A stretch of 60,941 nucleotides of DNA, taken from the NCBI GenBank assembly GCA_047622645.1, contig JBLHNH010000001.1, forward strand, positions 1 to 60,941. Direction: 5' to 3'. Positions 20,786 through 30,992 of this stretch are shown one piece after another. The position numbers and the translations under genes were made by a program. The notes under the pieces were generated by a model. It was not told the DNA's origin. It ran no database searches and saw only the letters and a program-made list of their open reading frames with translations. Source of the stretch: Flavobacterium sp. (lineage in GTDB: Bacteria > Bacteroidota > Bacteroidia > Flavobacteriales > Flavobacteriaceae). How positions within the stretch are numbered: the first letter of the stretch is position 1; every line of letters starts with the position of its first letter.

Positions 20786-21364
20786 TTACTTATTTTCTTT
20801 ATAATCATTTACCGTTTTCCAGTATAAATCATAAAATTTTTTATTGGAATTTAAGTTTCTGATTTCTGTTGAGAAAAACTTAATTAACAAATTTTTATTT
20901 TCTGAAATTTCTGATAGACAATCTTGATCTTTTGAATCAAATACAATTACTGAAGCATAAATTTCTTTCCAACTTTCAGTTCCACTTACAAAAACTGTAA
21001 ATAATTGAGATTGAGAATCTATAAGTTTTCGGTTTTCCCACATCAAAATTGGCATATCAGTTTCACTTAACCAAATTTCTTTATCCCATTTTCCGAATTT
21101 ATTATACATCAGATTTTGCGTATACATAGCTGAGAGAACAGCATTAAAACGCAATTGATTTATATATAAAGAATCATTTTTATTTAATGAAAGAATTTGC
21201 TTTATTTCAAAATTTTTATAACCGTTTTTATAAATAAATGGTGTGTTTGGATTAGCTGTTTCAGTCTTAATTCCAACTTCATTTTCGTAATTAAAACCTT
21301 CTTTTAAGTTTGAACAACCTAAAATGCTAATTATAATTATAGTTAGTAAAGTTAATTTTTTCAT
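20786..21364 (-). CDS. Hypothetical lipoprotein
   Basis: Lipobox ILGC after a hydrophobic signal; 13 nt downstream of the GT2 gene on the same strand. Confidence 0.7.
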   Translation of the reverse strand: MKKLTLLTIIIISILGCSNLKEGFNYENEVGIKTETANPNTPFIYKNGYKNFEIKQILSLNKNDSLYINQLRFNAVLSAMYTQNLMYNKFGKWDKEIWLSETDMPILMWENRKLIDSQSQLFTVFVSGTESWKEIYASVIVFDSKDQDCLSEISENKNLLIKFFSTEIRNLNSNKKFYDLYWKTVNDYKENK

Positions 21365-21377
21365 GCTTATTTAAATT

Positions 21378-22193
21378 TTACAAATACTGAGAAATTCCCT
21401 TTTCAATGGCAGCTACATTGTGCTTTTTATTGTAAGCTCTAATAGCAAAATTTTTCTCCCAAATTTCTTTGGTTGCATAACCTCTTTTGTGATCTAAATG
21501 CAAACAAATAGCTTGATAACGAATTTGTTTTGCCAAAACTCCAAAATTAAATAAACGCTCTCCTACTTCTCTATCTAAACCACCATATTGCATTTCCTCA
21601 TTGAAACCATTTACAGCAATTAAATCACTCTTAAAACAAGAAGTGTTATGTCCATTAAAGGTTTTCTTAGTTGGAGTTATCCAGTTCATAAAAATAGCGA
21701 AGTATTTATTATGAGTCAGTTTTGTCAACTTAAAACTCTTTTTTACACCATTTTTAATTAACCAAGATGTTGAAAAACAGTTTTGTGATTTTATATCTTC
21801 AAACGAAATAGCTTTTGATGTTTCCATTGGTAATTTATAATAACCACCTGAAAGAAAATATCCTTTTTCTTGAAATTTTAAATGTTGTTGCACAAAATCT
21901 TTTCTTGGAATACAATCTCCATCCGTAAATAGTAAATAATCTGAATTCGTTTTAAGAATGGCTTTATTTAAAATTTTACATTTCTGAAAACCATTATCTT
22001 CTTGCCAAACGTGAATAATTGAAAATTTGAATTTATCTTGAAAAGAATCAATAACATCTTTAGTTTTGCTTATAGAACCATCATCAGCAACAACAACTTC
22101 AAAGTCACTCTCGGTTTGTTGGCAATAGCCTTCGAGAACTTTTGATAGCCATTCTTCTGAATTGTAAGTAGTAATAATTACGGATAACTTCAT
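21378..22193 (-). CDS. GT2 glycosyltransferase (with GT7-like C-terminal region)
   Basis: SVIITTYN, ADDGS, FTDGDC, NGFNEEMQYGGLD, HLDH. Confidence 0.9.
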   Translation of the reverse strand: MKLSVIITTYNSEEWLSKVLEGYCQQTESDFEVVVADDGSISKTKDVIDSFQDKFKFSIIHVWQEDNGFQKCKILNKAILKTNSDYLLFTDGDCIPRKDFVQQHLKFQEKGYFLSGGYYKLPMETSKAISFEDIKSQNCFSTSWLIKNGVKKSFKLTKLTHNKYFAIFMNWITPTKKTFNGHNTSCFKSDLIAVNGFNEEMQYGGLDREVGERLFNFGVLAKQIRYQAICLHLDHKRGYATKEIWEKNFAIRAYNKKHNVAAIEKGISQYL

Positions 22194-22218
22194 GAAAACT
22201 ATTAAGAACGGAAAATTA

Positions 22219-22980
22219 CTATTTTTTCCAAAACTTTAACCTCTTTTTTATCCTTTTTTTTCGGTAAAAACGATATTGAAAATCTTTTGTAAGATTCCAC
22301 ATTGTTGAAAAAACTTTATCTTCATCTACTCCAGATATTTTTGCATATTCGTTACTCATAACAGCAACCATATCTTCTTTAGGAGTAATTTTTGACAAGT
22401 TTTTCATTCGAGTTTCAAAATCCATTTTGACATGGAATTTCATTCTATTTAAATCTACTAAATAGAAATCATATTTTCCTTCAGGCCTTTTTATAATCAA
22501 TGTGTTTCCTGGTGAATGATCTAAAAATTCAATTCCTTTTTCATGCATAGAAAAAGTAAATTGCGTAAACTGACGTAATATATTTTCTGCATCAGGATAA
22601 TCTGTTTCTACTAATTCACGATAGGTTAAATCACATAGCAAATGCTCACTTACATAATAACTATCTTTTAATCCAAGTAATGATATATTTTCAAAGAAAG
22701 CTACTGGTTTTGGTGTTCCAATATTATTTTTTAGAAGAAAATTTGCGTATTCAAACGAACGTTGCGCTTTAGATTTTCTAAAATATCTGTAAGCAACTTT
22801 ATTAATTAGATTGGGTTCTTTAAATGATTTTACATTTAAAGTAAGATTATCTAACTCAAAAAGTTTAATGGTATTTCTATTTCCTTTGATAAAAACTTTA
22901 CCCGAATTATCGAAATTCTTGATGAAATTTTCAATTTGTTCTTTCTTCTCTAAAAAGGTATCGTTTAGTTTGTACACCAT
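22219..22980 (-). CDS. LPS/Kdo kinase family (InaA/WaaP-like) protein
   Basis: VKSFK, DHSPGNTLI catalytic loop, VDLNRM. Alternative start 23004. Confidence 0.85.
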   Translation of the reverse strand: MVYKLNDTFLEKKEQIENFIKNFDNSGKVFIKGNRNTIKLFELDNLTLNVKSFKEPNLINKVAYRYFRKSKAQRSFEYANFLLKNNIGTPKPVAFFENISLLGLKDSYYVSEHLLCDLTYRELVETDYPDAENILRQFTQFTFSMHEKGIEFLDHSPGNTLIIKRPEGKYDFYLVDLNRMKFHVKMDFETRMKNLSKITPKEDMVAVMSNEYAKISGVDEDKVFSTMWNLTKDFQYRFYRKKRIKKRLKFWKK

Positions 22981-23059
22981 TATTTTTTTTTCAAAATTAT
23001 GCATACAATTTAATTAAACCAATATTTTAGGTATTTTTACCAAAAAATAAATCAAAAAA

Positions 23060-23857
23060 ATGAGTTTATTACCAAAATCATCGCTTATTACTCCAACTTA
23101 TAATTGGCCAGAAGCTTTAGAACTTTTATTGTTAAGCATAAAGAATCAACGTGTTTTGCCCGATGAAGTACTAATTGCAGATGATGGTTCAAGAGAAGAA
23201 ACCACAATTTTGATTCAAAAATTTCAAGCAGATTTTCCGGTTCCTTTAATTCATGTTTGGCACGAAGACCATGGTAATCAGAAACCAAAAATCATGAATA
23301 AAGCTATTGCCAAAGCCAAATATGATTATATTATTGAAATTGATGGTGATATAATTATGCACAAAAATTTTGTAAAAGATCATTTAACTTTTGCTGAAAA
23401 AGGAATTTATTTATTTGGTTCAAGAGTAAATATTCAAAAAGACATTTTAAAAACTATTTTTGATAAGAAAATAATCAACTTTGGTTTTTTTGCAAAAGGA
23501 ATTAAAAAAAGAACAAGAACCGTTCGTTTTCCGTTATTCATGAAATTTGCTAAAACTCACGATGAACGTTCAAGAAAATTAAGAGGTTGTAACATGTCTT
23601 TTTGGAAGGCAGATTTTATTAAAATCAATGGTTTTAATGAAGGATTAGTCGGTTGGGGAATTGATGATTCAGAAATGATACAACGTTTACATAACATTGG
23701 CATCAAAGGAAAAAGGTTAAAACAAACGGCCATTGCTTATCATATTTACCATAAAGAACAAGATAAAAACAATCTTGAAATCAACAATGCCATTGAAAAA
23801 GAGACTACAGAAAAGAAGATAACTTTTATTAAAAAAGGAATTAATCAATATTTATAA
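23060..23857 (+). CDS. GT2 glycosyltransferase
   Basis: TPTYNW, IADDGS, EIDGD, GCNMSF, GWGIDDSE, HIYH. Confidence 0.9.
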   Translation: MSLLPKSSLITPTYNWPEALELLLLSIKNQRVLPDEVLIADDGSREETTILIQKFQADFPVPLIHVWHEDHGNQKPKIMNKAIAKAKYDYIIEIDGDIIMHKNFVKDHLTFAEKGIYLFGSRVNIQKDILKTIFDKKIINFGFFAKGIKKRTRTVRFPLFMKFAKTHDERSRKLRGCNMSFWKADFIKINGFNEGLVGWGIDDSEMIQRLHNIGIKGKRLKQTAIAYHIYHKEQDKNNLEINNAIEKETTEKKITFIKKGINQYL

Positions 23858-24967
23858 TTAGTTTTTTGCTACAACTTTTTGATATTCTTCTAAAGTTTTT
23901 TGAGCTATATATTTTGCTGTGAACTGCTCTTTTATAATCACTTTTCCTTTTTCAGAAAATTGATTTTGCAATTCTTTATTATCTAAAAGTAATTGTACTT
24001 TTTCGGCTAACGATTTACTGTCTTTAATTTTAGCTATAAAACCATTTTCTCCATCAATAATTATATCAGAAACAACACCAACTTTAGTGGAAACTACTGG
24101 GATTGAAATCAACATTGCTTCTAGTAAAGATGTTGGACCACCTTCTCTTTGCGATGTTAATAAAAAAATATCAAATTGAGTGTTTAAAGAAGAAGCATTT
24201 TTAACTTTATCCATAAAAACAATATCCTTAAATACTCTTTTATCTATAGCATATTGTTTTAATCTATCTGTTTTCTTAGAGAACTCACCTACTTGAATAA
24301 AAACAATATCTTTTCTTTTAAAATTATGTTTTAATTCTGCTAAAACATCAATTAATGTATATAAGTCCTTTGCATTTGTATGATTAGCAATGTTTCCTAC
24401 AATAAATTTTTCTTTAGGTATATTATATAATTCTCTGATATTTATTGAGCTAGTATTGTTTAAAATACTTAAAGAAACACTATCATTTATAACAACAGTT
24501 TTCTTTAAAGTTGAAGCATTTAACGTTTTCCCAAATGAATCTTGAACCATTTTAGAAACACATATAATTGAATCAAAACTATTATTATTATATTTTAATT
24601 TACTCAAAAAACTACCACTTACCCCAACACCTTTTTTTGAAAAAATTAATTTTGTTTTAAATCGATAAATCAAATGAGATACTAAAAAGAACATCAATGA
24701 ATCACTCGTGTGTAAATGAACAATATCTGGCTTAAATTCTTTTATTGTTTTAGCTAAATGCTTATAGTTAATGTATTTATTTAATTTTCTTGTTTTTACG
24801 TCAATAAAAGGGATTTTAACTTTATTACATTCTTGTTGTAAAACAGAATTATTAATTCCATAGACAATATTTTCTACGTTTAATTCGTTTAACTGTGGAA
24901 CTATATAGATTATCTGTTGCTCGTTTCCTCCCCAACCTTTTGCACCAGATATATGTAGTATTTTCAT
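23858..24967 (-). CDS. GT4 glycosyltransferase
   Basis: KILHISGAKGWGGNE, PDIVHLH, SQREGGPTSLLEAM (EX7E), NGFI. Confidence 0.9.
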   Translation of the reverse strand: MKILHISGAKGWGGNEQQIIYIVPQLNELNVENIVYGINNSVLQQECNKVKIPFIDVKTRKLNKYINYKHLAKTIKEFKPDIVHLHTSDSLMFFLVSHLIYRFKTKLIFSKKGVGVSGSFLSKLKYNNNSFDSIICVSKMVQDSFGKTLNASTLKKTVVINDSVSLSILNNTSSINIRELYNIPKEKFIVGNIANHTNAKDLYTLIDVLAELKHNFKRKDIVFIQVGEFSKKTDRLKQYAIDKRVFKDIVFMDKVKNASSLNTQFDIFLLTSQREGGPTSLLEAMLISIPVVSTKVGVVSDIIIDGENGFIAKIKDSKSLAEKVQLLLDNKELQNQFSEKGKVIIKEQFTAKYIAQKTLEEYQKVVAKN

Positions 24968-25061
24968 AAAATTATTTGTTACTTTGTGTATTATAATTTT
25001 TTGTAAAAATATATAAAATAAATTGCAGTTACAAAAGAGAATTAAACAAAAACAAACTAAA

Positions 25062-25979
25062 ATGCTCGATTTATCAATTGTTATAATTAATTATAATACT
25101 AGTGACTATACCATTAAGTGTATAGAAAGCATTTTTGAACATACCTCAAATGAATTAACATATAATATCAAAATAGTTGACAATCATTCAAATGAAGAAG
25201 ATGTTAACAAACTTTACAATTATATTAAAAAAATAAACAACCCAAAAATAACTTTTTTAAAAAACCATATAAATGTGGGTTTTGGTGGCGGAAATATGAT
25301 TGGTTCTCAATTTTCTGATGCAACATATTATGCTTTTATAAATAATGATTCCTTGCTTTTAAACGATTGTTTTACAATAATCATCAATCAAATGAAACAA
25401 AATGAGGAATTTGGAATTTGTGGACCACAAAGCTATAAAGAAGACGGGAAATTATTACCTACTTTAGACCACTACTCATCTCCACTAAAAGAATTGTTTG
25501 GACGTTATTTTTTAGAAAGTATAAATGCTGAAAAATATCCTAATAGAAAAATAGAGTACAAAGAACCTAAAAGAGGACAGTTTGTATCCGGAAGCTTTAT
25601 GGTTGTAAAAGCCGAATATTTTTGGAGCGTAGGAGGATTTGATACAAATATATTTTTATATCATGAAGAAACGGATTTATGTATTCGTTTAGCTAAAATA
25701 AAAAAATACGCCTACTTAATTCCAGATGCAAAATTCATACATTTTCATGGTGCAAGTACACCAAAAAATATTGAAATAAAAACGGAATTAAAAATTTCGC
25801 TTCTTTATGTAATCCGAAAACATTATGGCTATATTAATTATAGATTGATATTACTGTTTCTACAAATTAAGTACTTTATAAAAAGCATTAGAAAACCCAA
25901 ATATTGGTATTTGTTTAAAATTTTATTTAGAGGAGGAAGACTAACGGATTCTATGAAACATAAACAAAACTATAAATAA
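25062..25979 (+). CDS. GT2 glycosyltransferase (WbbL/rhamnosyltransferase-like)
   Basis: SIVIINYN, VDNHS, NVGFGGGN, FINND, VSGSFM, FDTNIFLYHEETD. ATG 25062 preferred over TTG 25023. Confidence 0.88.
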   Translation: MLDLSIVIINYNTSDYTIKCIESIFEHTSNELTYNIKIVDNHSNEEDVNKLYNYIKKINNPKITFLKNHINVGFGGGNMIGSQFSDATYYAFINNDSLLLNDCFTIIINQMKQNEEFGICGPQSYKEDGKLLPTLDHYSSPLKELFGRYFLESINAEKYPNRKIEYKEPKRGQFVSGSFMVVKAEYFWSVGGFDTNIFLYHEETDLCIRLAKIKKYAYLIPDAKFIHFHGASTPKNIEIKTELKISLLYVIRKHYGYINYRLILLFLQIKYFIKSIRKPKYWYLFKILFRGGRLTDSMKHKQNYK

Positions 25980-25984
25980 TTAGC

Positions 25985-26932
25985 ATGAAAGTCTTATTTT
26001 ATTGTCCAGATTACTTAGGTATTTATAAAATAATTGAAAAAGGTATTTTAGAAAATACTGGCTTTGAAGTAAAAACAGTTTTATTCAGCAATTATAAACA
26101 CACAAAAAAATACAAGAAGTTTTTAAACTTTATAAGTAAATCTATTTTAAATAAAAATCTTAAAAAAAAATGGGCAAGTGAGTTTTATGCAAATCAAATA
26201 AATGATACAGAAACGTTTGATTACGTTTTTATTATTAGCCCAGATCATTTATTAAATAACGAACTTAAATACGTTACTAGCAAAGCAAAAAAATCAATTG
26301 TTTACTTTTGGGATAGTTTTAAATTAATTGACCGATACGAACGAACATTGCCTTTTTTTGATGTTAAATTTAGTTTTGAACCTAATGATGTTAAAAAACA
26401 TAATATGACGTTGCTAACCAATTTTTATTCTGAAACTACTGTTTCAAATATAAATTCATCAGATGCTTATTACATTGGGAATTTTGATGATAGAATTTCA
26501 ACAATTGAAAAAATAAACTTATTACTTATAAAAAGCGGCTTAAAACCAGATATTTATATTAAAATTAATCCTAAAACTAAAATTAAAAAGTTTTCTGAGA
26601 ATATAAATTTTATAACTAGTTTTATACCGTTTGAAGAAAATCAGAAGCGAATAAAAGAATCAAAAATTATTTTAGATATTCACAAAGAAATTCAAAACGG
26701 TTTAACTTTTAGAGTTTTTGAAGCTATCGGTCTAAACAAAAAATTAATTACAACAAATAAAGACATCGTTAATTATGATTTTTATAATCCAAATAACATT
26801 TTTGTTTGGGATGAAAATGTAATGGAAATTCCTAAAGATTTTCTTGAAAAAGAGTATGAAAAATTATCTGATGAAATTTATAAAAAATATAGTTTAGAAA
26901 ATTGGGTAAAAACCATTTTTAATATAAAATAA
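25985..26932 (+). CDS. Putative GT-B-fold LPS biosynthesis protein (unclassified)
   Basis: YFWDS, DIHKEIQNGLTFRVFEAIG..KKLITTN, YDFY motifs resembling CgeB-like glycosyltransferase C-termini; locus context. Confidence 0.6.
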   Translation: MKVLFYCPDYLGIYKIIEKGILENTGFEVKTVLFSNYKHTKKYKKFLNFISKSILNKNLKKKWASEFYANQINDTETFDYVFIISPDHLLNNELKYVTSKAKKSIVYFWDSFKLIDRYERTLPFFDVKFSFEPNDVKKHNMTLLTNFYSETTVSNINSSDAYYIGNFDDRISTIEKINLLLIKSGLKPDIYIKINPKTKIKKFSENINFITSFIPFEENQKRIKESKIILDIHKEIQNGLTFRVFEAIGLNKKLITTNKDIVNYDFYNPNNIFVWDENVMEIPKDFLEKEYEKLSDEIYKKYSLENWVKTIFNIK

Positions 26933-26938
26933 AGCACA

Positions 26939-27910
26939 ATGAAAATATCGGTTGCACTTTGCACTTATAATGGAGAAAATTATTTAAAAAAACAATTAGA
27001 TTCAATTCTAAACCAAACAATAAAAGTTGATGAAATAGTTGTGTGTGATGATCTTTCAACTGACAATTCTATTGTTATATTAAATGAGTACAAAGAAAAA
27101 TATCCTGATTTATTTTCTATAAATATTAATGTAAAAAATTTAAAGAGCAATAAAAATTTCGAAAAAGCAATCCAACTTTGTTCAGGTGATTATATTTTTT
27201 TATCAGACCAAGATGATTTATGGCGAAAGGATAAAGTAGAAAAAACATTAGAAATTTTTAAAAACAATCCATCAGCAGAAGGTGTTTTTTCAAATGCAAG
27301 TTTAATTGATGATAATGATAACGTCTTGTTTGATAACATATCACTTTGGGATAGCGTTTATTTTTTTGAAAGTAAAATAATAAAACCTATTGATTTACAC
27401 AGACTATTACTTTTAAAAGGTAATTATTTAACAGGAGCTACACTATGTATAAAAAAAGAAGTAAAAGCCTTTTGTTTTCCTTTTCAAACTTTAGATAAAA
27501 TCTTTTTGCATGATGAATGGTTTGCCTATATACTATCAGAACGAAAAACCTTATTTTATTCAACGGAAAATCTAATTTCTTACAGAATTCATTCAAACCA
27601 ACAAATGGGTGTAGGTAATATCGTTAAAAATGCCGAAAAAATAAAAAAATCTCCCAAAAACATGCAAATAATTTTAGGAATCATAAAGCCTAAATCTTTT
27701 AAAGACTATAAAATTTTAACACGAACACTTTTTTCTCAATATGAAAAATATAAAAAATTAAAAATTGATACATTTCTTGATTCTGAAAAAGTTGAAAAAA
27801 AATTATTAGAATATTATTTTGATGCAGATAAACAAATGAAAAAAGTAAATCCTATTTTATATTTTTTTAGAAAATGGAAAGATAAAAAGAAAGGAAAAAG
27901 ACAAATTTAA
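26939..27910 (+). CDS. GT2 glycosyltransferase
   Basis: SVALCTYNGE, CDDLSTD, FLSDQDD, TGAT, HDEW, YRIH. Confidence 0.9.
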   Translation: MKISVALCTYNGENYLKKQLDSILNQTIKVDEIVVCDDLSTDNSIVILNEYKEKYPDLFSININVKNLKSNKNFEKAIQLCSGDYIFLSDQDDLWRKDKVEKTLEIFKNNPSAEGVFSNASLIDDNDNVLFDNISLWDSVYFFESKIIKPIDLHRLLLLKGNYLTGATLCIKKEVKAFCFPFQTLDKIFLHDEWFAYILSERKTLFYSTENLISYRIHSNQQMGVGNIVKNAEKIKKSPKNMQIILGIIKPKSFKDYKILTRTLFSQYEKYKKLKIDTFLDSEKVEKKLLEYYFDADKQMKKVNPILYFFRKWKDKKKGKRQI

Positions 27911-27929
27911 CCTTATCAATTCTCAAACT

Positions 27930-28745
27930 ATGATGGTATCTATTTGCATGATAACCTATAATCATGAAAATTATCTAAAACAAACTATTGAAGCTATTTT
28001 AAATCAAAACACAACATTTGATTTCGAATTAATTATAGCTAATGATAATTCTCCTGACAAAACTTCTGATTTGGTAAATGAAATTATTATAAATCACGAA
28101 AAAGGAAATTTGATTCGTTTTTTAGATAATTCACAAAATATAGGTATGATGCCTAATTTTGCCAACGCTTTAAAAAATTGCAAAGGAAAATATATTGCTC
28201 TTTGCGAAGGAGATGATTATTGGACTGATAAAAACAAGCTCCAAAAACAAGTAACTTTTCTAGAAAACAATCCTGAATATGCACTTACTTTTCATAAAGC
28301 TTTAGTTGAAGAAGAAGGCAAACTAAGCGATGATTATATTACTAAAGAACCAAAAGAAACATCTACAATTTTCGATTTAGCTCATGGCAATTACTTACAC
28401 ACTTGTACTGTTATGTATCGTAATAATTTGTTTCCAAAATTTCCAAAATATTTTTATAAATCTCCAGTAGGTGACTATTTTCTGCATATGTTAAATAGTC
28501 AATATGGAAAAATTTATTATATGAAAGATATTATGGCTGTCTATCGTGTGCATAGTACTTCATATTGGTCTTCAAAGAATCAGGAAGAACGTACAGCAAT
28601 ATGGATTAAATTCATTAGAAAGATTAAACCTTATTTTAATAAAGAAATTAAACAGATACTTAATGACCAAATAGTTGTTTTGCTTCCTAAGAAAATAACA
28701 TGGAAAGAAAGAATAAGAAAACTAAAATCTTTACTAAAGTCATAA
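27930..28745 (+). CDS. GT2 glycosyltransferase
   Basis: SICMITYNHE, NDNSPD, YIALCEGDDYW, KLQKQ, GDY, YRVH. Confidence 0.9.
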   Translation: MMVSICMITYNHENYLKQTIEAILNQNTTFDFELIIANDNSPDKTSDLVNEIIINHEKGNLIRFLDNSQNIGMMPNFANALKNCKGKYIALCEGDDYWTDKNKLQKQVTFLENNPEYALTFHKALVEEEGKLSDDYITKEPKETSTIFDLAHGNYLHTCTVMYRNNLFPKFPKYFYKSPVGDYFLHMLNSQYGKIYYMKDIMAVYRVHSTSYWSSKNQEERTAIWIKFIRKIKPYFNKEIKQILNDQIVVLLPKKITWKERIRKLKSLLKS

Positions 28746-28755
28746 AAATTAAAGC

Positions 28756-29922
28756 TTGAAAATTAAAGAATTTTTTAAACGTATCATTTATAAGAAAAGT
28801 AAAGGCTTGCTTATTTTAGACGATATTTTACCATCTTCATTGTCACCTTGGAGAAGTAATGAATATGCTGAACTTTGTTCTACTTTTGAGCATACTAAAA
28901 TTTTTACAGATTGTACAACTTATAACCATTATAATCAGAATAAAAGCTATGAAGAAAACCTTTCATTATTAACCTCTAATTATCCTTCTTTAAAACATAA
29001 AATTTTTATTTTAAAGAAAAAAACAAATACAAATTACGATTTAGGTTACACGTTATTTTATAATAACTTAATTAAGTTTTATCCCTTTTTTGAAAAAAAC
29101 AAAACTAATTTCGCTTTCACACTTTACCCAGGAGGAGGTTTTGGTTTCAATAATAAACAAATAGATACTTGTTTAAGAGAAATTTGTCAGTCAAACTATT
29201 TTAAGGGAGTTATTGTTAATCAAAACATTACAAAAAAATATTTAATTGAAAATAACATTTGTGAAGCTGATAAGATTAAACTCATTTTTGGTGTTCCTTT
29301 AAATTTAAATCTACATGAAATTAAGAACTATACTTACAAGAAACCTTCTGATTGTTTAAATATATTGTTTTTTGCAAATAAATATACTTTAGATGGTTCT
29401 GACAAAGGATTTGATGTCTTTTTAAAAATTGTCAAGCAGCTACTTTATAAGAAAGAGACTTTTAACTTTATTGTAATTGGTGGGTTTTCGGAAAATGATG
29501 TTACAGATATTAGAATTAAAAATCTAATTGATTTTAAAGGTAGTTTAAATGAATTTGAATTTAACAAAATAGTTAAAGAAACTCACATATTAATTTCGGC
29601 AAATAAACCATTTATTTTAAGTGAAAATGCTTTTGATGGTTTTCCTTTAGCTACTTGCGTAACGGCTTCTTTGTATGGAAATTTAAACTTTATGACTGAT
29701 TATTTTAACGAAGCTAAAAATATAAATTTAAAAGATGAAGAAGATTTTATTTTAATAAAACATGATATTGATGACATCGTAACAAACATAATTGAACTAG
29801 ATAAGGATAGAGTAAAACTACAAGAAATTGCAGAAAATGGTAGAAATAAAATGTTACATTTGTATAGCTTTGAAAATCAAATTTTACCAAGGCTAGAATT
29901 TTTTAAAAATTTATTATTTTGA
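28756..29922 (+). CDS. GT4-like glycosyltransferase
   Basis: TLYPGGGF, DKGFD, FDGFPLATCVTA in a GT-B C-terminal domain; TTG start. Confidence 0.7.
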   Translation: MKIKEFFKRIIYKKSKGLLILDDILPSSLSPWRSNEYAELCSTFEHTKIFTDCTTYNHYNQNKSYEENLSLLTSNYPSLKHKIFILKKKTNTNYDLGYTLFYNNLIKFYPFFEKNKTNFAFTLYPGGGFGFNNKQIDTCLREICQSNYFKGVIVNQNITKKYLIENNICEADKIKLIFGVPLNLNLHEIKNYTYKKPSDCLNILFFANKYTLDGSDKGFDVFLKIVKQLLYKKETFNFIVIGGFSENDVTDIRIKNLIDFKGSLNEFEFNKIVKETHILISANKPFILSENAFDGFPLATCVTASLYGNLNFMTDYFNEAKNINLKDEEDFILIKHDIDDIVTNIIELDKDRVKLQEIAENGRNKMLHLYSFENQILPRLEFFKNLLF

Positions 29923-30992
29923 TAACTGTAACGAAAACTTTTTTTCCGTCTTTAATTGTTTATAATCAGTACCTTGAAAGAATTTGGAAAAACCAATGGC
30001 TTACAAATAGAGGTGAGTTAACTTTAGAATTAGAAGACAAATTAAAAAAATTCCTAAAAGTAAAGAATATTATTATTACTACAAACGGTACGTTGCCTAT
30101 TCAAATTGCTTTAAAGATCTTAGGAAATAATGGAGAAATAATAACTACTCCTTTTTCTTATGTTGCAACCACTTCATCTGTTATTTGGGAAAACTGTAAA
30201 CCTGTTTTTGTAGATATAAATGAAGAATATCTTACTTTAGACGAAACTAAAATTGAAGCTGCTATAACCAATAAAACCACTGCTATTTTAGCAACACATG
30301 TGTTTGGAAACCCTTGTGCAGTGAAACAAATTGAACAGATTGCAAAAAAGCACAATTTATATGTTATTTATGATGCCGCTCATGCTTTTGGAGTAGAATA
30401 TGACAACCAATCATTGTTTAATTTTGGTACAGTAAGTACATGCAGCTTTCATGCAACTAAAATATTTCATACAGGTGAAGGAGGTGCGCTTTTTTGTAAT
30501 GATAAAGAGTTGAATCACAAATTATTCTACAGTCATAATTTTGGACATAATGGTTCTTTAGACTTTCATGGTTTAGGTATAAATGCTAAAATATCAGAAC
30601 TTCAATCTGCTATGGGCTTAGCAGTTTTTTCATCTATTGAAACTATTTTTGAAGAACGAAAGAAAGTGGTTGATTATTATAATTCTCATTTAGATTTTTC
30701 AACCCTAAAAACTATAAAAATTAGAGAAAATACAAAATGGAATTATAGCTATTATCCTGTAATCTTTGAATCTGAATCGCAGTTGTTGAAAACTCAAAAA
30801 GTATTAAATGATAATGAAATTATTCCTAGACGATATTTTTATCCTTCTTTAAATACATTACCATTTGTAGATGGAAAAGAAATGCCTATTTCGGAATCGA
30901 TTGCTGCAAGAATTTTATGTTTACCAATATATGTAGGCATAACAAATGAACAGTTAAACAAAATTGTTTCAATTATAAATAGTATATGTTAA
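29919..30992 (+). CDS. DegT/DnrJ/EryC1/StrS sugar aminotransferase (VioA-like)
   Basis: NGT, TTPFSYVAT, THVFG, YDAAHAFG, SFHATK (PLP Lys), GEGG, RRYFYP. Confidence 0.92.
   Translation: MITVTKTFFPSLIVYNQYLERIWKNQWLTNRGELTLELEDKLKKFLKVKNIIITTNGTLPIQIALKILGNNGEIITTPFSYVATTSSVIWENCKPVFVDINEEYLTLDETKIEAAITNKTTAILATHVFGNPCAVKQIEQIAKKHNLYVIYDAAHAFGVEYDNQSLFNFGTVSTCSFHATKIFHTGEGGALFCNDKELNHKLFYSHNFGHNGSLDFHGLGINAKISELQSAMGLAVFSSIETIFEERKKVVDYYNSHLDFSTLKTIKIRENTKWNYSYYPVIFESESQLLKTQKVLNDNEIIPRRYFYPSLNTLPFVDGKEMPISESIAARILCLPIYVGITNEQLNKIVSIINSIC

Noticed and set aside
26162-26170. A9 tract in an LPS gene as a phase-variation switch
   Set aside because: The frame is intact, and a similar A9 run occurs in housekeeping aroE (about 10344); expected in AT-rich DNA.
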